A stretch of DNA of 64,000 nucleotides, taken from NCBI RefSeq assembly GCF_009914755.1, contig NC_060944.1, one strand, 5' to 3'. Shown here piece by piece: positions 12,841-26,922 of the stretch. Under the pieces are notes generated by a model that ran no database searches, was not told where the DNA came from, and was given only the letters and a program-made list of their open reading frames with translations. The DNA comes from the human T2T-CHM13v2.0 reference genome, Homo sapiens. Position numbers and translations under genes: made by a program. Position 1 is the stretch's first letter. Each line of letters starts with the position of its first letter.

Positions 12841-13559
12841 CTGGGTCATCCTGTAAGCATGAATGACTATCTGCCAAAGGACTTAAAAAGAAGGAGCGGG
12901 TGCTTATCCGCAATCACAAAATTCAAGAACAGAGCTGTAGGTGTCCGCAAAAGGGAGATGTCTGATGCCCAAGCCCAGAAATCAAGCCAGAACCTCATTT
13001 ATGTTCAAGATGGATGTTGCTTTGCAAAGGCACAGAGGAGATTTGAATTCCTAAGGGGTAAGAGGGAAAACAAGAAGAATTTGAGCACAACACTGACCAG
13101 CAGACCGCACGCTTCCTCCCTCATTTAGACTTGGGTAGTCTTGTTTCATGGACCCCAAACTGCCAGAAGGACCGGCTTCCAACCCACCTTGCCAGAGCCA
13201 ATCAGCAATCAGCACGTCTAATTGGGCTGGTGTTGACACTCCTGTTGGCAATGTAATAGTGCAATTAGCAACAATTAACCTTGAGAATAAATGAACCATC
13301 ACAAAAGAAAAGTTTTGCTTTTGCCAAGCTCGACAGACACCCTTTCAACAAACACCATTCTGATTCTCTGGACACTCCTAATGAGAAAAGGAGCTGCTGG
13401 GGGTTTAAACAAATAGAGTGATAGATCACAAATAAATCCTATTTATTAAGCACACATGGATGCCAGGCTTGGCGGTAAGCACTCAACATTGACTTAGCTC
13501 CCTAAATTCCCTCTAAAAACTTGTGAAATCAGTGCTGTTTTTATGCCTTTAAAAAACCC

Positions 13560-13900
13560 CAACATTTTAATTTTGAAATAACGACAGATACACAGGAAAT
13601 TACAAACATAGTAGAGGGGTCCCATGTATCCTTTCCCCAGGTTCCCCCAGTGGTGACACCTTATGTGATTGTAGATTATCAAAAGCAAGATATTAGCATT
13701 GGTTCAAGCTACAGCTCTTTTTCCGATTTCACCGTTTTCCATGCACTATTTGTATATGTGTGTGTTGTTCTATGCAGTGTTGTCAGTATTATTATCCCCT
13801 TTTCATAAATGAGGGAACCAAATCGTAGAAAGGGGTAAGGGACTTGCCTAGGTGACCACACAGAGCTGCATGAAGGTCAAACTCCAAAGCTGCACCCCTG
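13560..13900 (-). mobile_element. L1MB/MC 3' fragment inserted in a MIR
   Basis: ttttaattttgaaataa...atacacaggaaattacaaa...tcccatgtatcctttcccc; then attatccccttttcataaatgaggga...gacttgcctagg. Confidence 0.7.
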
Positions 13901-14097
13901 CCTGCCTCTCTAGGTTTTCAAACACCCCTATCCTTTGGGAATGTGATTAATATGGGAGAGACTTCACTTGTGGACGAAGTTAGCCCTTAAACTACACTTA
14001 CAGCTGGTGGTAAAAATGTTGTCTTGCTAATTTATCTCTTCTAAAGATGATATACAAAGGGCAGAGTGCTCTTTCATGCTCACATTCGCTCTCCTGC

Positions 14098-14100
<3 letters not shown>

Positions 14101-14140
<40 letters not shown>
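14101..14140. repeat. (GT)~20 microsatellite
   Basis: Perfect gt run. Confidence 0.98.
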
Positions 14141-14142
<2 letters not shown>

Positions 14143-15567
14143 CTGTATCTCACAGAGTGCCTTCCTGTGTGTGGACCCTGATGGAATGGGATGAGTGGGG
14201 AGTCACTGTGACTTCCAGTCTGGTAATGTGGGCAGAAAACACGTGGCTGCCTGACCTGGGACAGCCGGGGCAGGAGAGATCTACTGACAAATGGAAGCCC
14301 ACCTCCCACCACGTACAGGGTGGGGGGCACCAGAAGGCCCCAACACACCGAAGGGAAAGCTCTGTGACTCTTTACATCCGATGGCTTCAAATTAATAACA
14401 AATTGCAAAACTAAGGCACACTGGGGATTTGGCTTTGTTCTTGGAGCTGTTAAGAATGTAAAAGGTCATCGAGCTACAATAAATAATGAAATGTGCCTGT
14501 TTTGTGCTTGGGAGACGGGATTTTTTTAGGGGGGAGGGGTTGCTTTAATGGCTCTGGGGAGGGTCCTGAAATCATCCCGCTTCCCTCTGGGTGGCAGTGG
14601 TGGTGGAAATTTACTGCAAGTTAAATTTTTAAAAAATCAATAGCATTTCAGATGATTGCGAATTAGGGGCTATTTGCTGAGGCTTAAGGGGATTAAGGTT
14701 AAAGCCTGAAGATGATCAATGGGTAATTACCACAAAGCAGTGGGGTGAGGGAATGGAGCATGTCTGTGGTCTTGGGGTCAGGGCCTACAGGAATGAAGAA
14801 CGCAGCCCCAACAGGACCCCTTTTAACATCCACAGCGTGCAGTATGTCTGCACATGTCAGACCTGAATGAGCCGGGCTCAGATGCATTGGGAAAGCCATT
14901 TGCTAGGTCGTTCACCCTTGAGGGTGCCCACCCTTCGCCCTTTCTCCTCACCACCCTCGCGGATACCCCCACCCACCACGGAGGAAATGCTCTCCATTCA
15001 GACTTGGAGCACACAAAGGCCGAGGCGCGGACCTGCTGTTCCTTTCATGCCAATCAGTCCTGGGGTTGTAATGACTACAATTTTCTGATTTGAAGTCAAA
15101 ACCAAATGGCCCAGAAGAGTGATTCAGACTCCACGTGGCCCTCTTCCTGAGAAGAAGAAGCACAAATGGATTTTTCTTTCTTAAGCCCAATTGTGTGCTG
15201 CTCATCGACCCCTCATCATTTCTGAGCTCTATTTTCTTCCCTCCTGCTTGAGGCACAATTAACGGAGGCCCAGAAAGTTTTTTGCTTCCTGTGTCTTGGC
15301 TTTGTGGGTATAGCTTGGCCTTGGTGCTGAGAAAATGCCGAGGAGCCCAAAGCCCTGGAGTTGCCTTGGGAGAGTCGCTCACCCTTCTGGGCCTCAGGAT
15401 GGAGGGTCCAGGGGCTACAGAGCTGTCAGCCTATGCCCTGAGCTGGGACTCTGTGGAAATGTGGGTAGCCCAGTCTGCCCAGGGTGACTGACTCAGACTC
15501 TCCAGGGGTCATTGACTCTTTGGGTCAAACATCTGCTCTTCACCATGTGAATTTTAAAGTGTAAACC

Positions 15568-16388
<821 letters not shown>

Positions 16389-18294
16389 GGCAGTGCTGTG
16401 GAGCCCGCTCAGCAGTGACACTTTGTGAGTCTGGGTTCAGCTCTCTGGAGCTGCTCATTTTACACATGAGGGAGCAGAGGTCCTGGCAGGCTGATCCTAA
16501 AGTGAGTGATCCTCCCATAGCTATTAGTGGAGTCCTCAGGCTGCCCTTGTCCACGCTGGGGGCACCTCCAGGCAGCTTTGGATTTGAAAAGAAGGTAGCT
16601 GGTGCCATGAGGCTTCTGAGTTCAGCCAAAGGGCCCTCTGGGGCAATGGGACAACCTGGCCTTGTCCAGAACTGAGGCCCCGGAAGCGAGGGGTTGAAAC
16701 TGGTGCCATGAGCTCAGTTCTTTCAGCTAAAGCTGTGCATGTTCCCAAGACAGAAAAGGTCAGAGACAATGCAGTTATTCTGGGGCCATGGAACTCTGCC
16801 TGGTGCTTTCCAGGCTCTTAAACGTGTCCATTTAATCCTTCATTAAGACCTGTCCATCAGCTCATCTCTGTGCATTTAAAATATTTCACAATCACTTCCC
16901 CCCTCTGACAGGGGCCTGACTCTGGAAACTGAATTCAACCTGCCCCTACCCCGCACTCCCAGTATGGGGTCCTGGCCCAATAGAGCCAGCCAAGGCCTTG
17001 CGGTGTAAGTCTCGGCTGCTGCCTCCGTGTTGGGTGCGTCCAGTCCACTGGGATATATGGCTCCTATTGGAGGTGAGCTGTCCGGGTCTCTGTAAATCTG
17101 TTCCCTTCTCTTCCCCCACCATCAGGGACATAAGGCAGAGAAAATGCCAGACATGGACATGGGACATGGACACTTTGATCTATGTACTCATTTTCTTGTG
17201 CTCCAAACTTTTCCCTTTATTTGACTTCAGAGGTGACCACTGAGCCAGTTGCTTGCAGTCCATTCAGAAGCCCTTTCCATCAGCTTCCAGGCACAAGTGT
17301 ACCCTTCACCTCCAAGAGCGGGCAGAGCCCTGTTAGAGGGTGGTCGGGGCAAAGCCAAAGGCCCAGGCACACCGCAACCCCCCCGCCGCCACAGCCGGAA
17401 CTGGCACGTCGGAGGCACTGAGGCCCAGGGGCCTGTGCCCTGTGCTGCACCCCGCCTACCTGCCGCAATGCTGGGAGACAGCAAACAGGAACCACTTGAG
17501 GGGCCATCAGCCGCTGCTGATGCGAATCAAAGAGCACGCGGTCCCCAGCCCAGGGCGGAAGCACGCTGGCCACCCATTAGTTGTTATGGAAACTCATTAC
17601 CCCAAGAGGTTGTTCAGCTGAAAATATAAACAATTTCCCGAAAGGTTTTAGCAAAATTCATGGGTGACAGCCGTAATGGCACTATTAAGGGAGAGGAGGA
17701 TGTTCTCTCCTGCAGCTGTGGGTTGCGGCCTGCCTTGTGTCAGGGGCACCTGCTCTCCCATGTCTTTCCACTGCCACCCACCCAGTGGCATGAGGCCAGA
17801 CACGCGGCAGGTCCTCCTCAAGCCTCGTGAGTCCTCCTGTCGGGGGCTACTCCACGTCACTCAGACACTGTCCTACACTGGGGAGAGAGAAATCCCAAGG
17901 CAATGTGCCTCTTCTGGGCTCCCTGAGCAAATCCCTCTTACAAAGCTGGGTGCAGAAAAATATCACCTACAATGATGGCGAGTTATGACAATTAGAATAG
18001 CTATGTACTATCAGCAATGATTATTATTACATGGTATTATTTCATTATTGTGATCAATTATATTACTTGTAATTATTAATAAAAACATCAAGTATCATTA
18101 TGTTCCAGGCCACTTGTGTTTTAAGTGCTGTAATTCTGGTCACAGGCATATAAGGCAGGTAGTATTACCATCTCATTTTAGAAATGGCAAACTGTTGTTA
18201 CTGAAAGAGACCCTGTGCCAAGCAGGAATTTTAAGTTTCCTGAAAGTTCTGTTCCTCTCTTCATTCTCTCCCTCTCACCCTCTCTCACTTTCAT

Positions 18295-18770
18295 CCAGCA
18301 TTCATTCCACAAATTCTTATTGATTCTACCATGTGCTACATACTGTTCTAGACACAGAGTGGCAGTACACATGCCTGTGCTTCCACTACTGTGTTTTTAC
18401 TTGGCTTCTTCTACTCACCTGTCAGAACCTAGACGTCATTTCTCCCAGCTAGCCTTTTTGGGACTTGCTAGTTGGGGTTAGGGGCTTTTTGATGCTTCTA
18501 CAGATTCTGAACTTCCTTCATCTCCATACTGGGAGTTCTATGACAGTTGCTTACTTGTATCTGTCTCTTCCTCTAGACTGGGAACCCTTTGCCTCCTGGG
18601 ACTGTTTTTTGTCTATGTTTTCAGGGCTCAGCACAAAATAGGTACTGAATTTTTGTTGGATTTTATCACTAGGAAAATAGTTCCAAGAAGGCCAGGTCTG
18701 TCTTTTCTACCCTTATATCCACTAGAAGTGTCTAGTCTATAGTGCTTGCAAAATATATATTTGTATGATG
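18295..18770. mobile_element. Cluster of L2 3' fragments in both orientations
   Basis: cattcattccacaaattcttattgattctaccatgtg (-); tgtatctgtctcttcctctagactggga...gggctcagcaca (+). Confidence 0.6.
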
Positions 18771-19070
18771 GATAAATGGATAGATGGATGGATAGATGGA
18801 TGAATGGTTGGTTGGATGGGTGGTTAAGTGGATGAATGGATTAATGTCTGGATAAATAAAATGTTGGTTACTAGAAGGTTGGGTGATTGAATGGTTGGAT
18901 AGATATTCGGATGTTGGACAGATGGACTGATGGATGGATGGATGGATGGATGGACATATGGGTGGATGGTCAGATATATGGTTGGATGGATAAATGGAAA
19001 GTTGTTAGGATAGAGGTTTGGATGACTGGGTAGATAATTGAATATTGAATTGATAAATGAGTAGCAGATG
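18765..19070. repeat. Degenerate (TGGA)n repeat
   Basis: tggatggatggat runs following an L2 tail. Confidence 0.9.
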
Positions 19071-19074
19071 GTTG

Positions 19075-19522
19075 TTGTCTGAGGTCAGTTTCCCTGGGCA
19101 ACAGATTCTGAGCTGGTGTTTTACGTGCAGAAAAATTGCTGAGATGTGCCTTCAGGATCAACACCTATGGAAGAGTGAACAAAGAATGATCAGGCAGCAA
19201 GAGGAGTCAAACTGAGACAGAGTTGCAACCTCTGCCGATCCCATGGGGAGCTCTGGAGCTGGGATAGCCATTCAAGTTGTCTTGTCTTGAGGCAAGGAGT
19301 CTGTCTTTATAGCTCTCATTATCAGTCATTGGGTGCACACTGTCTCTGGGGGAAAGGCCTGATTAGGGATGAAGCATCTTTTTCAGCCAAGGGCAATGCC
19401 TGGAGAGGGACTCAGTTGAGAGCTCTCACATTTTAACACTTGCAGCAGCTGGGAGACTGAGGGCTTCTGTCCAACAGGCCCAAAAGGCAGGCCCCAGGTC
19501 ATGCACCAGAGCATCCACTACG
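19075..19522 (-). mobile_element. ERVL-class 3' LTR (LTR33/LTR16 group)
   Basis: Minus strand reads a PPT-like aagggtgaag then cgtagtggatgctctggtgc (LTR start) and ends ...gacctcagaca. Confidence 0.75.
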
Positions 19523-21650
19523 CTTCACCCTTCTGATTCACTTACTTGGCTCCTCCAGGATTCAACCATATGCCTAACACCAGGCATTCAACAACCATAT
19601 GCCTAACACCAGAACTCCTTTTCTGAAGAGTCCTTAGTATAATGTGATATATGCGGGATCCTGTACTGTCAGATCAAATACTGTGTTAGCATTCAGAGTG
19701 TAGGGCTCGCTGAGGCACAGTAAAGGCAAACCCATATCCTGAATATGTTAACCCCAATCAAGAGAAATTGCTGCCCTTTTGAAGGTGGAAAGTGTCCTGT
19801 GGAATCAACTTGCCACCAAGTAGCTGGTTGGTGGTGTTCTCAAGGGCATATTAGAAGCTAAAGGGCATATTAGAAGCTCTGTGTGTGTGTCTCCCCAGAT
19901 GATTGAGCCACTATACTGATATGGGTAGATTTTTGTAGGATGGATATTTGGTGGTAGCAGTAGCTAGATCAACCTTGGTAAGTGGGGAGTTCATGCTGTT
20001 GGGCTCATGTGTAGCTTCTACCTGTGCTACCATAGCTATTCCATTAATGAACCCATGGTGCCATCAACAGTAGCTGATGACAAATGCTAGCTGATGTCAG
20101 CTGGCCTACTCATTGTGTCTACTTGGCTGTCTAGTGGCTTCCAAGATAGATGCTCTAGTGGCTTCCAAGATAGATGCTCTCTATCCTGAACATATAGTAC
20201 AACAATCTTAGCACTGTATGACAACTTTCACGGGTCCTTCCAGAAGCCTCTTTTTCAGACCTCCTTGTCCCAAATGTTTAAGTCTTTGTTCTCAAGACCT
20301 CTGACTGACAAGTCAAGCTATTTACCTCAGCCCCTGAGTCCATGTATATTCTTACATTGAACTACTGTTTTTTTCAAACAAAAATGGATGGCCAGGTGCA
20401 CTGCCCAAAGCTGTGCAGTTTTGCTGTACCTTTGGGAATATTTTCTTTCACTGCTGTCTTTCAGGGTCACTTCTGAGTGGTGATATAGTGCACCTGGTAT
20501 CTGTTTTTGGTTTTCACTCACATGCGATTAACCCACTCATGAACCAAACTCAGGATTTTTTCTCATTTTTCAGCTCATCATAAAGGAACCACCCCCGTCT
20601 TCAGCTGGCAATGCTTTGAGCAAAGGGAGAGGGGCTGGTGCCACCATGGTAGATGACAAGGGAGTCTAGACTTCCTCCTGCTCCTGGGGCTTACATGTGC
20701 CCCCTGCTCCTGCTTGTGCTTGATCCTCGAAGTACCACTTCCATCTTGAATACATTGTTCCTGGATCTTCCTGACTTTATGACTTGATGGATCTAAGAGA
20801 ACCCAACTTACTGTGGGTAGTTCTGCCTGAGGGTCACTTGATGATCCATAGTCAGGCTCCACATCTCCACCAGGGCTGAGGAGGTCACCAGGAGCTCTTC
20901 TTAAAATGGTCAACAATTCTCTATTGCAGATGGCCTTGCTCCAGCACCCAAGTGGGCCTACACTGTGACTCTCTTGCTAGGATTTGCCATGCCATCTTTT
21001 CCTGTTGCTGACACCTCTAGTATAATAAGTTCAGCTGGGTCATATGATCTGAGCAGCAGGGCCACTTATGCTGCAGCCTTGACCTGCTGCACAGCTTTTT
21101 TCTGCTTTGATCCCCACTGGAAGTGGGCAGCCTTGTGTACCACTCACTAAATTAGTTGGAGTAGTTTTCCAAAGTATGGAACATGCATCTTCAGGTCCCA
21201 CAGAGGTCTTCCAGTGTTATCCTTTCATCTTTGTGGTAAAAAGTATGAGATGCAATAATTTGTTTTTTATTTGGAGAGGATGTGCTGTTATGCCCCCAGA
21301 TGACTGGACCACTCTACTGGACCACTGTACTGACATGGCTGGACCTTTGTAGAGGTCAGGCTCTCCCATCCTTTGGAACACATGTGCCTTCCCAAGAGTT
21401 CCAACTTGCCGTTTCTTGCTCATCCAGTCCAATTAGCATGATATGTCAGATATCACGGAACCAATGTGATGTTCAGTGGAATATCCCTATAATCCAGGTT
21501 CCTTCAGAAGGACAGAGAACAGGAGAATTAATATAGTGCTCAGGCAAGACTGTAAATGTACCCTGTTGTCCATGCCAAGTGAATGACAAACTATTTTTGA
21601 TCTTCCTTCTTGATGGGGATGAATGCATTCAACAAATTAATGACTACATC
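19523..21650 (-). pseudogene. Decayed ERV-L-class (class III) pol: RT, RNase H and N-terminal/core integrase
   Basis: Minus-strand translations: FTWHGQQGTFTVLPEHYINSP and QIKNKLLHLILFTTK (RT); LKDSSERKYSQ..AQLWAVHLAIHF (RNase H); PLTKVDLATAT and QPATWWQVDSTGHFPPSKGQQFLLIG..YSGYGFAF (IN). All are collinear with HERV-L pol, with many stops and frameshifts. Confidence 0.92.
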
Positions 21651-22354
21651 TCCCTCTGATCCTCTTGCTTAATATAATATGTACTGTTTCAATTTGGCAA
21701 TGCCCAGCAGTAAAATTTGAAACTGGGTTCCCAGGTGAAATAAGACTTCTTGAGCCTAAGCTATAGTGTCCCTTGAAACTCTTCCAGAGCTCTGCATTGG
21801 GAGGTATTAGACGCTTGCCCAGGTAATAATAAAGTTTGCCTCATCCTCATTTTAATGGTATTCTTTGTATGTGTAGGTCCCCTTCAGGAGCCTTGCTGGG
21901 AAGGGGTAGTGGGGCCAAGCTGGGATATGGATAGACCATGGCTATTATGCCATCAAAACCGCATTCAAATTAATGAAAATTTTGCACAAATCTAATAGTC
22001 ACCCTACTTCTCATCAACTTGCTACTGAGAGCCTTTCATGTACTTAGAGATACAAGGCAAGGGACTGGCCATTTAGCTGGGGAGTATAAACAGTGCATGA
22101 CACAGGCTTTCCAAGGAGGCAGGGCAAAGTAGACCGGAGAGTCCTGAAGCTTCCCTGGAGGGAGAGTGACTTAGGCGAGGAGAGAGCCTGGCCACCCCTG
22201 ACAAGGAGTCAGGAACGGTAATGCCTTATTTAAAGAATCATGCCTAATCTATAATAAGTAATATAATAACTGACAACAATAATAAATGTGACATTTATTG
22301 ACAAGTACACAAAACCCATTGGTGTCTATTATAAATTTCACCCTCAAAACAACC

Positions 22355-22830
22355 CTTCATTCATTCAGTAATACAACAATTATTTTTCAGACACTGAGGG
22401 TACGATGGTAAGCAAAATGATACGATTTCTGCCTTCATATGGCTCCCCATTCAAGGGAGCATGTGGGGACAGAGAATAAAGTCAGCCAATAAATAAACAT
22501 GATAATTTCAGATAGCAGCTAGTGCTATGAAGAGAATAGAACAAGAGAATAAACAAGATGATGCGGCTGAGGGGTACTTGCCTGGATGGGGGGTGCTTCA
22601 GATGGGAGGTTAACGAAGCCTCCCCAAGGGAGTGACAGTTGTGTTGGGACTAGAGCAACATACAGTTCGTGCAGAAGCATGTTGCTGGAGGAGGAACAAA
22701 TGCAAGGGCCTTGAGGCAAGCATGCTCTGGGATGTTTGAGGAGGCCAGGGGAGGCCCCTGTGGCTACAGCACAGCCTATAAGAAAGGTGGCTGGGAACAC
22801 TGATGCTCAGATCATGTCTGGGGATAGACA
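22355..22830 (-). mobile_element. L2
   Basis: ttcattcattcag...tttctgccttcat...atttcagatagc...gtgctatgaagagaata...aaatgcaagggccttgaggc. Confidence 0.85.
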
Positions 22831-25619
22831 ATCCGACTCCCAATTCAGGATGAGTCTTCGACACTCAAGAAGGAGAAAGGAAGGCCGGGCCACACTGAAT
22901 ACATGTCCAAGAGTCAATTAGTCCCTGTGTTTAAAGATCATAACCTCTCTTGCTCCCACATTCACACCAGGAGGAAGCGGTGACACATGCTGTCCCTTGT
23001 CCTGGAGGAGACCCTGCACCACCAGTCCTGTGTCTGCGACTCCCAGAACCGGATGGCCCAGGCGCTGTGTCCACGTAGCCCTTCGTGTATTGTATTGGGC
23101 CTCTTCAGTCACTGCTAGATTTTCCAGTATTGACCAACAGAATCTTCCCATTGGCTCGTTTCTTGGAAGAATGAGAAAGAGATGGGAAGAGGGGGAGAGA
23201 GCCTAGCTCCCCACATGCAGGTCTCTTTCCTTCCTCTCTCCCTGACCTCTTCCATGCGTGCTTCCGATATCCCCATGTTGAGAAGACAAACCACAGATAA
23301 AGTAGCCTCTCCTGGCCCACAGCCAGGGGCGTGGGTGCCTCCGTCCTGTGTGTGCAGACAGCTGAACAACCAGATTGTGACCTTGGCCTGGACTTCCTCA
23401 GCTGGCTGGAGATGAACTTGTTTTCAGAACTGTGAAACTTGACATCCTTTATCCCGATACCTTCAACTCCCAAGTTTGCTTGGCCAAAACAAGCCATATC
23501 TGCTTAATCTTTGGGGCTCTTTCTCATGGAAAAGGAGGCTGCTGCTTTGGCCATTTCCAAAGGCCCAGTGTCCACAGAGCCTTTCAGCACCACAGTCACC
23601 CCTTTGGACCCCAGGGGGGAGTATCCTGCTGTCATTTCAGTCACATTTTTAGACAATGAAACTAGATGGTGAGGAAGGGCCACTCTGTGCTGGCGCTCAG
23701 GCGAATTCAGGAGGGGAGCAGCCTGCGTCACTGCCCCAGGGACTGCTGGTTAGCCCAGGACTGGAGACCCATTACATTCCCAATTAGAGGCTCTGCCACT
23801 GAGCAGGTGCCTTCAGCTTCAACCCAGAGAGGAGCCCTGCTCTGCCCTGGAGGGGCCTAAGAAGCTTACATTATTTACAGTCACAGTTCACCTTTTATTG
23901 TTGATGTTGGTGCTTCCATTTGGTGTCAGAAATTTGCACGTTAAGGACTTTCTAAAGTGGGGGTTTTCTTTGGGCATGGGGTTGTGGGGAGCTACTGCCT
24001 CGTGCCCCCAATTTCACTGGGTCCCACTTTCCTTACAGCCTTCTCTCATCCTCTTCTTCCATGCATTTTAATTTAAGTTTGTATTTAGGGTCAGCATTTT
24101 GAAAGAAGAGTTAGCATCATTTTTAATTTTTAGCATCACGAATCTAATTTACTTGTTCCATGAGTTAATAGTGTTGGCTGCTTGAAGAGCACATGCCTTC
24201 TCTGTGAATTCGGCAGCTCCATCTGGGGTGATGGCGAGGGATGAGACCACTTTGCTGGGCCAGCCAGGGCCGGCCTGGGCTGGGCTGTGGCTCATTCAGG
24301 CTTTGGTTTAAGATTGAAGTTGGGGCTAGAGCTGAAGACGCCACCAAGGTCTGAGGTAGAGCCACACTTGGCCTCTATTACATGGCAGGGTTATTCCCAT
24401 TCACAGGGTGGCACCCTTCTGCTCTGTCGGCTTTCCCAAGCACATGGATTTTTAAAAATATCAAGAAAGGAAAATAATAACAACCTATGGTACTGACAAA
24501 GTAGGAGGAGGGTGTTGAATTAGAGGCAAAGAAGGAGACCCAGAACTTCAGAAACCCAAGCACCTGCTAGAAACTTCATGGCGTCAGGACAAACAGAATG
24601 ATTCCAGAGCCATCTGTCTCTACCCTCCCCCCATCCTCCTACTTGACACTTTAGGAGCCTTACTTGAGTGATAAGGATATTTTACCACAGCATTTTTACT
24701 TGGGCAACATACTTTATTGTTTAGTTCCAGGGAGAAAAATGGTCGATAGATTGATGAAGGCAAAATGACCTTGTTGTTGAGCAAAACCCTCCAGATCTCA
24801 TCACCTTCAGTAGCACTGCCTTCACCTAAATGCTAGTGACCTTATTGTAATTGATTTACACAGGCTCTCCCCAGTGTGTTTGCATTGCATGTGGCATTTG
24901 ACATTTCACAACTTGGCCTCTCAAAACTGGGATCCAGGATCAGCATGCACACTTCCAAAGCAGACAGTAAACATTCGTTAGAGCTTGCTCTTGAGCTGAC
25001 ATGGTGAGATCATACACAGCATCCTTAGTTGATGGAGTAAAAATGCTAATCAGGAAGAGTGTATGCCCCAGGAGACTCATAAAACAGGTTGCCAATAGGG
25101 TATGAATCAATCAGTCAATCAATCCATATTATTAAGCATTCTGTGGCCCCATTCCATCCTTCTCCCCAAATCAGTTCAGCTCTGGGAACTCAAATTCAGG
25201 AGCAGATTTCAAAAACGTTGAGAATCAACCAGGTGTTATGAGATGAGCTCACATCAAATGGTAAACAGTTCAAGGAATTGTACTATGGAAGGAGGCAGAC
25301 AGAGCTTGGACAGAGACATGAGTAGAGATTTCTGGAGAAAAGCAGATGGAGGATTTGCATAGTTGGAGGGAAGTGGGCCGGCGGGCAATGACGATGGAGG
25401 CGACATGCTGAGTGGTTGCCTGGCTCAACCACTCTTCACTGTTTGAGCTTCACGGGTTCTACTCAGCCACTCTGGAGCCTCACCATTCTCCCTGCATGAT
25501 GGAGCTAGTGACCCCATCTCTCAGGGCTACAGCGAGGTTCTAACAGGCAAAAGAGGTGAGACTTCTTTGTGAATTTTTCAGGAAAGAGGAGGAGATGCCT
25601 CCTCCTCCTCCTTGGGGGT

Positions 25620-25760
25620 TGGGGGCAGGAGTGGGGCTCACTCCTGTAATCCCAGTACTTAGGGAACCAGAGGTGGGAGGATCACTTGAGTCCAGGAGTT
25701 CAAGACCAGCTTGGGCAACCCCCAAGCTGGCAAGACCCCATTTTCAGGAAGAAAAAAAAA
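25620..25760 (+). mobile_element. Alu monomer (FLAM-like)
   Basis: ggctcactcctgtaatcccag...gaggtgggaggatcacttgagtccaggagttcaagaccagc...A-tail; single arm only. Confidence 0.9.
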
Positions 25761-26744
25761 GTGTTGTGGGGTAGGAGTTGTGGTGGGGTAGGGGGCAGAA
25801 CAAGCAAACTTTCAGTGATGGGAATGGGCAGCAAGGTCAAGACCAACTCCAACAAACTCCACAGAGGTGTTTGTGTTCTGGCTCTGGAGGGCTCAGCCCC
25901 TGCTAGGGCACAGCCAGCACATCCAGCTTCTTGAGCAATTAAGCCATTTCATCAATCACCTGAGAGCTGTTCCTTACACCAGACTACCAGGCAGGCTCCA
26001 GGGTACCTTTTGCCCCCATAAACAAAATTCCATCACTGATAACACAGACTCTCCTCTGCCTCGATATATTGCTCCAACAGGAATTCCAAGGCTGAGAAAT
26101 GGCATGTATAACTTTCTCCTTATTAGGCAATAAAACATCCAGAAGTGTGAATGTATACAGAACAATTCCATGCATGTCAACCACATCTTCAGAATAGCTC
26201 TAAACTATTCTCAGCTTCCTTTTTCCTGCAAATGGTTTAAAGGATGCACTTTTTAAGTCCATACACTTGAAAGATAGAAGGACCCTGCCAGTGGGGTCTT
26301 TGCATGCAGAGGGAATACAATTGAAATTTCAGAGACATTGATAAAGAAGCTGGGTAAAAATCTGGCCTTGGGAAATGTGAAGTTCTTTCCCCACTTTTTT
26401 GTTTGTTTGAGGTATATTTACATTCAATAGAATACTCAAATTATAAGTTTATGGTTTTATAAATTCTATGTATATACTCATGTAATCACCATCCCAATCA
26501 AGATGTGTGGTGTTTTATCACTCCAGAAAGTTCCCTTGTCCCCTCCTCCTCCAGGTGATATCACACCACCTCAACCCTGGCTACTCAGAGGCAAACAATA
26601 TTCTGATTTCTTTACTACAGGTTAATTTTGCCTGTTCTAGAACTTCATATGGGTGGGATGATGCAGATGTACTCGTTCATGCCTGGGTCTGTCACTCCAC
26701 CTAAGGCTCTAAGAATCATCTGTGTTGTATTAGCAAGTGGTTAT

Positions 26745-26922
26745 GTCTTCCTTTCTCCCACCCACCTGCCCTTTTTCTCTCCCCTTCCCTTCCCTTCTCT
26801 TCTTCCATTCTTCCCTTCCCTTCTTTTCCCTTCCATCCTTCTTTCCTTCTTTCCTTCTCTCTCTTTCTTCCCTTCTTTCTTTTGTTCTTTCTTTCTTTCC
26901 TTTCTCTCTTTCTTTTCTTTCT
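26745..26922. repeat. (CTTT/CCTT)-rich tract (Alu tail expansion)
   Basis: Pyrimidine simple repeats directly adjoining the AluJ 3' end. Confidence 0.9.
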
